In this document: positions 57,001-64,000 of the stretch, piece after piece
Numbering within the stretch: position 1 is the stretch's first letter
Layout: each line of letters starts with the position of its first letter
DNA from: Naegleria gruberi
Lineage: Eukaryota
Strand: one strand, 5' to 3'
Length of the DNA stretch: 64,000 nt
Assembly: GCA_000004985.1 (NCBI GenBank)
Contig: GG738846.1
Notes under the pieces: generated by a model
Told to the model about the DNA's origin: nothing
What the model saw: the letters and a program-made list of their open reading frames with translations, nothing else
Database searches by the model: none
Translations under genes and position numbers: made by a program

Positions 57001-57211
57001 GGATATTTTCACTGCTATTAGCAAGAATGCCAATAGAATTATAATAGCTCCTGAATCTCTCGGCACTTTGAAGGAAAGATATGGCGAGGCATTCGAAAAA
57101 TTGAACATTGTTGTAGGTAAAATTGTTTATTTGGAACAATCCAATCCTTCCTACAACCCATTCAATTTGAACACTCCTTACGCAACTGCTTTTATTGAAG
57201 AGTTGTTGTAA
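54002..57211 (+). CDS. ATG11: ATG11/FIP200 (RB1CC1)-family autophagy scaffold protein
   Basis: About 1,069 aa. The N-terminus is ubiquitin-like (MYQVYCAATGKA... compare FIP200 MKLYVFLVNTGTT). The central 600 aa are coiled-coil. The C-terminal ATG11/'claw' region reads LNDLVIFFKGNNSNKDIFTAI...IVVGKIVYLEQ (compare FIP200 FQVGDLVLIILDERHDNYVLF...VLGKVMEKEY). The track's 53951 start is a TTG; the first ATG is at 54002. Confidence 0.65.
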   Translation: MYQVYCAATGKAEQQDQVEYKESVLELDATKKIIPFRLALDESTQFLYQPSKFSIETNTPLNSQPATLQSLVNHSNFLDVQNIYERLNLIVNQAQEICQVTEARFVECDDKKNKRFIIQSAKDTLVSFIREKTFKNYCDIIEELSNSFSSNSQYVNDLSFESIKDELTQNKTVNNCDLMTALKLDEKMLSNLITTVKSQQQMINLNQSKTYILEQLNEISGKDEEQVEELSSLDQRMQSLIQHQREKIQTLLSEYESVKLTNDDLQLYSFEYQARNLHEEILTIENNVRENQSIYLVKDYAFRVLLNQQMLKVCERTTLILLMMRFFNQSKEGGALEKLIFLSKLPDVNRQLMNEIVARRENFVENILIQNFRSFTESIKQACQDENDRRDQVEKSAIDGLTEIQTQELKSIIPGIVGERIPINLIIDGLAKLERSISRTIDTHLPQSNSGENEENDFFLISKPSENLTQSTHDLSSMTTSALIEYTDRKTEALPNPNFIYQNVDNEFVEVPTQLLQSVVQQPSEDYSQLQNTILMLKKEVDSLKEQLEKSEEQIKESEEQIKVSYAKLIDRENTIDEQMRSIKNLESNLSEMKKELDESAQYVQTLSNNVEDLTCKIEQSEREKLLNSGVHSESVSQLESVVTQLETSKKDLQDKLIRMATEFSKLDQSSKAKDEQIKASDEQLKAQDEKIHSDAEQIMLLTKSLQDSESVNEKLQQDLDSLNEKLEQQCMNLLLSDRKVETLEEATKNLTQQLDDCQTELNVVKEERVLVERNLRVQVNELTESVNKLSETNNQLKEKHSDLSNKHSSTISELESLSQNLFAQHKTAQENDIKLKVADETNKVLQEKLTSSEEKLAHSQEKINTLTFELENTRTMLEKAKSQPPVVHSPVISSNNDENEKLKKEVKELTIKAQMYETATLKSAASVTTLQKKIQEQQIALKEQEDTLKFLQEQYSQLEKSYIQVQNDKTQQPTGKTFVSLEPELNDLVIFFKGNNSNKDIFTAISKNANRIIIAPESLGTLKERYGEAFEKLNIVVGKIVYLEQSNPSYNPFNLNTPYATAFIEELL

Positions 57212-57268
57212 ATAAATTTGTAATAATACGTCTACTTTGGATAGCATTTATATTTATTATTAACTGAT

Positions 57269-58601
57269 TTACATATATTGATCGATTTTAGCTGGCATTT
57301 CCTCAATGGTTGTGGAATAGTGTTGTTCAATATCTTTCAAAACACCAACATCCATTTCTGTAACAAAGTTAATTGCAACACCCTTTCTTCCATATCTACC
57401 AGATCTACCAATTCTGTGAATATAATTTTCTCTATTTGTTGGCAAATCATAATTGATAACAAGTGACACCTGTTGTACATCAATACCTCTAGCCCACACA
57501 TCTGTAGTGATTAACACTCTCGATTGACCTTTTCTGAATTCTTCCATAATGGCTTCACGTTCCTTCTGTGGCATTTGTCCATGCATAAATGATACTGTAA
57601 AGTTATGTTTCTTCATTTGTTTAGCAAGCCATTCTACTTTATCTCTCTTATTACAAAATATGACAGCTTGTGTAACAGTAAGAGAGTCATATAAATCACA
57701 TAAAGTTTCAAATTTCCAATCTTCCTTTTCTACAGCAATGAAAAATTGTTTAATTCCTTCCAAAGTAACTTCATCTCTCTTTACAAGAATTCTAATTGGA
57801 TCAGTCATAAATTGTTGTGTAATTTCCAAAACTTCTGCAGGAAGTGTAGCAGAAATTAATACAATTTGTGTATTATTCAATAGACGATAAATTTGATAAA
57901 TTTGTTCCTTAAATCCTTGACTTAACATTTCATCAGCTTCATCCAATACCAGTAATTTGATATGTTTAGTATTGAGGTGTTGTTGTCTCATCATATCATA
58001 AACTCTTCCAGGTGTACCACTCACAACATGAACTCCACTTTCCAATTTTTTAATATCCTCACCAACTTTATTACCTCCAACACAGGCATGGACTTGTGCA
58101 TGAAGATAATCTCCTAGGTATGACATGACTCTTTGAGTTTGTTGAGCGAGTTCACGTGTTGGTGAGAGAACAATTGCTTGTGGATGTAATTGTTTAATGT
58201 TTAACATTTGCAAAATTGCAATTGAAAATGTTGCAGTTTTACCTATAATGATGATTAATTTTTTAATTCTTTTTAAACTTACCTGTTCCTGATTGACTTT
58301 GTGCAATTAAATCATTTCCTTGTGTAATTGGTTTAATAGCTCGCTGTTGGATAGCTGATGGTTTTGTAAATCCATATTGATAAATTCCACGAAGTAAATC
58401 ATCATTTAATCCCATATCTTCAAAAGTAGGACAAACTTCCAACTTGACAGAAGCACTAATATCCTCTCCAGTTTCTGTTTTTCCTTGTTTTTTTAAATTA
58501 TTTACAGATGATTCCGATTTTTTTGATGTTTTACTTGAATGAGAAGTAGTGGAGGAGGAAGCTGCTGATGATGACTTTTTACCTGATGATGTTGATTTCA
58601 T
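57269..58601 (-). CDS. EIF4A3: DEAD-box RNA helicase eIF4A-III/FAL1-like with a Ser/Lys-rich N-terminal extension, two exons: join(57269..58242,58283..58601) on the minus strand
   Basis: Exon 1 ends ...[31 protein letters not shown], with donor G|GTAAGT and a 40-nt intron ending ...cattatag. Exon 2 begins [12 protein letters not shown]...PTRELAQQ...[18 protein letters not shown]...SAT...[19 protein letters not shown]...[14 protein letters not shown]. This is closer to eIF4A3 (GFKEQIY; IKQFF.AVE; [13 protein letters not shown]) than to eIF4A1. Confidence 0.85.
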
Positions 58602-58887
58602 TTTTTATTTTCTTTTATTGCATTCATGTACATATTGAACATCATAAAGAGGATACACCAAAATTCTCAACAACAGGAGATGAAGCCAATTCGTTATTAA
58701 AGTGGATCCACACTGGTTAAATTGGAGATGTTTCCTCTCTGCATATGTATATCCTTCTCGGAAAACAATATTGCCCTCTATGGAACACATAAAAAGAATA
58801 CACAAAACAATCATTATTACAATTTAAAAACAATTTTATTTTGTTATTATATATTTTGTTAATATAATTTTAATGTACATTCACAAT

Positions 58888-59317
58888 TTACAAGCCAAGA
58901 AGTTGCTTCTTCTTCAAATCAAACTCTTTTTGAGTAATGACACCCTTATCCCTCAAGCTGGCCAATTTTTCCAATTCAGAATATTTATCAGAATCACCAA
59001 CACCTCCAGTTTTAACTTCTCTCTTCACTTCACTCTTTAAAGATTGTTTCGTCTCTGTTGTAGTTATGGAAGGAACTTGACCCTTCTCATATGGATTTTG
59101 GTTGACAGTTTTTTGTTTATTCCAATCGTGAAGTACTTTTTGATTGGAGAAGGTAATTTTACTATCATCCTTTTCTTTTGCATTGAGTGTTAACATGGTA
59201 TTGTACTTGTGAGCTGAGTGAAAAAAACTTATTCCAAATTTTATATAAATTGTGTAAAAACTCACCTTCCTTGTCTTTTTGCTCAAAGCTGTTTAATCTA
59301 TCTCTGATTGAACTCAT
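58888..59317 (-). CDS. Small SHOCT-domain protein; two-exon model join(58888..59213,59266..59317) on the minus strand, about 125 aa
   Basis: The C-terminus LEKLASLRDKGVITQKEFDLKKKQLLGL matches the SHOCT consensus (L..L..L...GvIteeEFe..Ka.LL). The model joins an ATG exon (MSSIRDRLNSFEQKDKE, donor G|GTGAGT) through a 52-nt intron with a pyrimidine-rich ...tttttttcactcag acceptor to the SHOCT ORF (AHKYNTMLTLNAKEKDD...). The splice is inferred, not proven. Confidence 0.4.
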
Positions 59318-59564
59318 TTTTTTTTATAATTATTGTTTGATGACATTTGAAGGATTTTTTAACTTCCTCTCATCAAATTTAAAGAGTTTTCATATGTAAG
59401 AGAGAGTGTAAAAAGAAATATATTGCCTTTACAAACAATAACCATTCAATTGTTTTCTTTTACTGTTTTCTTTTACAAAAACTTTCAAAAGTAAATTTAA
59501 ATTCAACAACACATCAAACTCATTTGGTCCAGTCAAGTCAAAAGCCAAATCAATCAAAAAAAAA

Positions 59565-60071
59565 ATGACATCTAACACAACAGTTGCTAATGATGCTTTA
59601 ACCAAAGTAAAGGAGAACGTGGAAAAACTCAAGAAGGATGCTCTTAACCTTGTAAATAATGTCAAAACCAAGAAACAACTTGAATCAGATGATCTCAGAG
59701 TTGTTTCACTTGCCTTGTTAACACTCTGGACAGTTCTTTCCTTACTTTTACCTGGTGTGATCAGATTTATTTTAGCTAGTGGTTTATCTTTCTCAATTTC
59801 TGATAATTATGATAGTGTAAGAGTTGTTGATGAATTTATCAGATTGAGTGGATGTTTCACTCTTGCATTATTCATCTTGAATTACTTGTCAATTAATTGG
59901 AACAATGATGCTCAAACAGATGTTTTACGTGTAATGGCCTTCTTCAATGCACTTGTTGTGGCAGTTGGTATTTTAAATTTGGTTTCAGGTGGTTCATTTG
60001 CCTATTTGCTTCTTTCCATTGTTGCTGGTGGTTTGGCCTTCTTTTATGCAAAGGCTTCAAAATTATTCTAA
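59565..60071 (+). CDS. Hypothetical 168-aa membrane protein with four predicted TM helices
   Basis: ATG in an A-rich context. The N-terminus is an amphipathic helix followed by four hydrophobic segments. No family assigned. Confidence 0.5.
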   Translation: MTSNTTVANDALTKVKENVEKLKKDALNLVNNVKTKKQLESDDLRVVSLALLTLWTVLSLLLPGVIRFILASGLSFSISDNYDSVRVVDEFIRLSGCFTLALFILNYLSINWNNDAQTDVLRVMAFFNALVVAVGILNLVSGGSFAYLLLSIVAGGLAFFYAKASKLF

Positions 60072-60234
60072 ATTATTAACAATTTCTTGTTATTATTTTA
60101 TAATAAATAGCAATTAAAATAAATATGTGATCAAATGATATTGAAGAAACGTGTTTAATAAAACGTGTCTATTTGGAATCTATTATTAAAAGGTTGGTTA
60201 TCATCATCATCATCAGATGTATTAAAGTTGTATT

Positions 60235-61629
60235 ATGTACATGATTTTAGTTACAAACAAAAAAATGTCTACCGAGAAGGAGGAATCAACAAGGGAAAAC
60301 ACAACAACTGTTGTTCCTTCCACTAATGACGATAATCAAAAGAAAAATATTACATCATCAAGTGGTAGCAGTAGTACTAATGCATCCACATCATTACCGG
60401 AAGAGAGTGATTTTATTTCTAAAGCCCTCAGCCTGTTAATCATGTTGGGAGTTGTTGGAGTAGCACTGTATTTGAGGTCAGTCAATCAATCAGAAAAAGT
60501 CTCTCGCTTAGATACTTTTCAAAAAGTTGAAATTATTCCCGAATTATTTATTACTTCTGAGGATGGTAGTAGAAGAAAGGACAATATTGATTCACTTGTT
60601 GTCTATAAACATGAATGGTTAATAACTACAGCTAAAGCATCCAATGCATTATTTATATTTGAAGCCAAGACTGGAAAATACTTGTTTACTAAATCTCTGA
60701 AAACTGGAGACTACGAAGCAAATAGACCAAATGGAATTACTCTCTTCACCATTCTTGATAAGGAATATTTATTTGTCACAGAAAGAGATGGAAGGAGAGT
60801 TTGTATTGTAGATATTGGAGATGATTTCAAAATTGTCTACTCATTCGGAGAGGAAGTATTGAAGAGACCTTATGCTCTCGATTTGATGAAAACAAATTCT
60901 AATCAAGACGAGGAAACTTATCATGTCTTTGTAACTGATAATTACATGCTCAAAGATTCTAAAGGAAAACTCAAAGTGGTTCCACCATCTGACAAGTTGG
61001 ACAAGAGAATTCAACTCTTTGAAATTATCGCCAATAAGAAGGATTATACATTCCAATCTAAATATGTCAAAAAGATTGGAAGCATACTTGAGGAGGCAAC
61101 ATCTGGAGTTTTGAACATTGTGGAAACTGTCGTTATTGATGAGGCATATGATAGATTACTCATTGCTGATGAGCATATTTTGAATATCAAAATATACAAT
61201 TTTTCCTCACACGAATTTTCAGGTAATACCATTGGATTGGCAGCAGGTCAAACCACTAGTACCAATAATGTAAAATGTCCAAAAGATTTTTCATTTGCTG
61301 GCGAACCAGAAGGGTTCGTTATTTATTCCTGTCAAACCACCAATAAGGCTAGAAGTGTAGAAACAGGATTTTACATTTTCACAGATCAACTTGATGATAG
61401 AACCAAGTTCCACATTGTAAGAAGAGACAATTTGTGTTATGTTGGATCTTTTATGGGCAATGTTGTTTCCAAGACTGATGGTGTCACTATTGATGAAACA
61501 TTGGGAATTTTCTACGCTGTACATAATGATAGTGTTATTGGTACATTTAAAATTAAAGATATTCTCAATCGTGTAGTGAAGAAGAATTTGAGTGCAAGTG
61601 AGCTAGCTCAAATATGTCCACCTCTCTAA
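60235..61629 (+). CDS. Beta-propeller-phytase (BPP/3-phytase, PF02333)-like protein with an N-terminal signal-anchor (type II membrane or secreted)
   Basis: [22 protein letters not shown] parallels Bacillus PhyC [47 protein letters not shown] parallels [37 protein letters not shown]...[15 protein letters not shown]...[13 protein letters not shown] parallels DIEGLTIYYA...YAIYERQGQNKYVADF...SDTDGIDVLGFGLG. Two in-frame ATGs (60235 and 60265) are possible starts. The hydrophobic anchor is [16 protein letters not shown]. Confidence 0.6.
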   Translation: [464 protein letters not shown]

Positions 61630-61795
61630 AATCTATTTTTCAAACCAGAATGCATAACAATTTCAATTTTCTAATTTGAAGATTTTGAACGGCACCCAAT
61701 AGTATTAAGATATTTGAAAATCATATTGCTAGCCATTCAACTTCAATTATAAAAATAATAATAGATAATTTATTGAATATCAAAAAATTTAAAAA

Positions 61796-62559
61796 ATGGC
61801 CTCTACATCACACCACAACTCGGAAACTGTTGTTCTTTCCCAAGCTCTTGATGCTACAAATAAACCAATTGTTGCTGTAGATATTGATGAAGTATTGGCA
61901 CCTTTTGTACCATTATTGATTGAATTTTATAACAAACATCATTTACTTGAAGGACAAGAGCCATTAACTATGGATTTGTTTCATAATTATCATTTTAGAT
62001 ATGTATGGGGAGGAAGTGAAGAAAGATCAAGAGAAATTGTGAATCAATTTCTTGAAAGTGATTTATTTATTAATCAACCAATGTTGGACAAGTCATCATT
62101 TAATGTTTTACAAAAATTAGGAGAAAAGTACAAGTTGGTTATTGTCACATCTAGACAATACAAGATTAAGAATCAAACAGAAAATCTTTTAAAGACATAT
62201 TTTCCAGAAACATTTGCTGAAATTCTTTTAGGTAAGTATTGTTAAATATTTATTTTAATAATTCTAAAATATTTTCATTAAAATGATTTAAAAAAGGAAA
62301 CCATTATGGTGACAATGGAGAAACCCAAATGTCTAAACCAGAAATGTGTAAACAATTGAATGCAGTATTACTTATTGATGATTCTCTGAAATATTGTGAA
62401 CAATGTGTAAGTGAGAAAATACCTGCCATTCTATTTGGAAATTATGCTTGGAATAAAAATACTGAACCATTGGATAATGGGTGGATCATTAGGGTAGATG
62501 GATGGAGTCAAGTTGAACAAGCTGTAGAAAACATGCTTAAACAACATAATCACATATAA
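61796..62559 (+). CDS. HAD-superfamily 5'(3')-deoxyribonucleotidase (NT5C/NT5M family), two exons: join(61796..62231,62297..62559)
   Basis: Exon 1 encodes IVAVDIDEVLAPFV (HAD motif I DxDxV)...VIVTSRQ..., ending at the donor G|GTAAGT. The 65-nt intron ends ...aaaaaag. Exon 2 begins GNHYGDNGETQMSKPEMCKQLNAVLLIDDSLKY... (HAD motif III). About 232 aa. Confidence 0.7.
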
Positions 62560-62890
62560 ACATTTTAGAATAATTTTAACTAAACAACACAAAAATAATT
62601 GAAAAATCAGGTCATTATATTTTCAAGTATTCCAATGTAACGCTCTTAATAACAACCTAATTTCCACAAGGTTCGCTCCCATTAAGGTGCTTAGTTTTTG
62701 ACTATTCGAGAAGAGTGCTGTAATTCAATTTTCCAAATTGGTCCAATAGCTCCATTGCTTGCATTAATATGAAGTTGTGGATTTCATAATGCCAATCTGC
62801 ATAATATTATTAGCGTGTGTTATCTTAGTGGCTGCACATTATCTTCAATTTAAAGAAATTAAAAAAAATTGCAACCACTTTATCAAGAAA

Positions 62891-64000
62891 ATGTCCTCTT
62901 TTCGAAGAAAAGGTGTAAAAACAATACTTACACTCCTCTCCGCCACAACAGCTGTTTTTACAGGTTATCAATTTAATGAATTTTTGAAGAAACAAGATAG
63001 ATTTATGAAGAATGATATTTCGGAAGAGACAAGTAATTTACTAACCTATGACAGAAGTAAATTATTAAATAGTAAAACAAGGATTGGAGAAAATTTAACT
63101 GATAAATTAGTATTAAAAACAGATAGAGAAGAAAATATTAGAAAATTGGAAAGTCAAGAATTATTTGACATTATTGTTATTGGTGGAGGTTCTGTTGGAA
63201 GTTCTGCTGCTCTAGATGCCACATCGAGAGGCTTAAAAGTTGCACTCATTGAAAGAAATGATTGGGCAAGTGGTACATCATCACGTGCTACTAAAATGGC
63301 TCATGGTGGTGTTAGATATTTAGAAAAGGCTGTCATGAATTTAGATTGGAATGAATTGATGCTTGTTTATGAATGTTTGAGAGAGAGAAAGCATTTTTAT
63401 CAAGTTGCACCACACCTTTCATCACCTTTACAATTATTAACACCTTGTTATACTCTGTATGATTCTGTGAAAATGTTTGCTGGTTTGACATTATACGATT
63501 TTCTCAGTGGTTCTGAAGCTAGATTGGGTAATTCTGGGTGGGTATCAAAGAAAAGTGCTCTCACTGTTTGGCCATCTCTAAAAGAAAAAGGACTCTATGG
63601 TTGTATGACATATTATGATGGTGTATTCAATGATTCTAGAGTGAATGTGAGTACAGTTTTGACATCCAATGCTCTAGGTGCTGTAACTGTTAATTATTTG
63701 GAAGTAATTGATTTGTTAAAATCAACAGAGAATGGTGAAGTTAATGGTGTTAAAGTGAAAGATAGATTGACAGGTAAAGAATTTGAAATTAAGGGTAAAT
63801 GTGTTGTAAATGCTACTGGTGCTTTTGTTGACAAGATTAGACAAATGGATGATCCAACATGTGCTCCAATCATTTCCCCAAGCGCTGGTACTCATATCAT
63901 GTTAAATATGGATAAATTTGTTAAGGGTATAGGAAAGCAACTTGGCATATTAGTACCAAAGACAAGTGATGGAAGAGTTTTATTCCTCGTCCCATGGGAA
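62891..64000 (+). CDS. GPD2: Mitochondrial FAD-dependent glycerol-3-phosphate dehydrogenase (GPD2/Gut2); the gene runs off the window end (3'-partial)
   Basis: MSSFRRKGVKTILTLLSATTAVF (presequence-like)...DIIVIGGGSVGSSAALDATSRGLKVALIERNDWASGTSSRATKMAHGGVRYLEKA. This is the FAD-binding GxGxxG motif plus the GPD2 signature. The frame is open to 64000. An in-frame upstream ATG at 62789 is an alternative start. Confidence 0.85.
   Translation, partial: MSSFRRKGVKTILTLLSATTAVFTGYQFNEFLKKQDRFMKNDISEETSNLLTYDRSKLLNSKTRIGENLTDKLVLKTDREENIRKLESQELFDIIVIGGGSVGSSAALDATSRGLKVALIERNDWASGTSSRATKMAHGGVRYLEKAVMNLDWNELMLVYECLRERKHFYQVAPHLSSPLQLLTPCYTLYDSVKMFAGLTLYDFLSGSEARLGNSGWVSKKSALTVWPSLKEKGLYGCMTYYDGVFNDSRVNVSTVLTSNALGAVTVNYLEVIDLLKSTENGEVNGVKVKDRLTGKEFEIKGKCVVNATGAFVDKIRQMDDPTCAPIISPSAGTHIMLNMDKFVKGIGKQLGILVPKTSDGRVLFLVPWE

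Overview
This 64-kb window reads as nuclear DNA from an AT-rich, very gene-dense unicellular eukaryote. Coding regions are visibly more GC-rich than the very A/T-rich spacers, the standard genetic code is used, and introns are GT-AG spliceosomal. The species cannot be named from sequence alone; the gene content fits a free-living protist or early-diverging fungus-like lineage with aerobic mitochondria. I resolve 37 protein-coding genes on both strands, roughly one per 1.7 kb. Most are conserved housekeeping genes: Tra1/TRRAP (about 3.9k aa), NOP2, a Rab2-like GTPase, PDCD5, APC7, ADAL, CDC123, mS18, a CHCHD2-like protein, a LARP, GRASP, PITHD1, DESI2, a cytochrome-b5 front-end desaturase, a YEATS protein, RPB5, OLA1, POP1, a family-3 O-methyltransferase, POT1, a TM2-domain protein, ATG11/FIP200, eIF4A3/FAL1, an NT5C-type nucleotidase, mitochondrial GPD2, adrenodoxin reductase and a CHTOP-like RGG protein. 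All introns I could place are canonical but ultra-short (38-83 nt) and few per gene. Intergenic spacers are often 7-120 bp. The supplied ORF track calls TTG/GTG/CTG starts, so several of its 'M' starts are artefacts, and it misses every spliced gene model. The items I rate highest are: (1) a Bacteroidetes-type long NagB-LmbE fusion (glucosamine-6-P deaminase plus PIG-L deacetylase) carrying two spliceosomal introns; (2) a roughly 1,700-aa polytopic-membrane PAS-class III cyclase whose active-site residues predict adenylyl cyclase specificity; (3) a Rab2-like gene with two consecutive micro-exons of 10 and 12 nt; (4) a neighbourhood of bacterial-flavoured genes (SHOCT-domain protein, beta-propeller-phytase-like type II membrane protein); and (5) a four-exon TM2-domain gene that the ORF track hides behind an in-intron stop. 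I recognised no rRNA, tRNA, CRISPR array or transposon.
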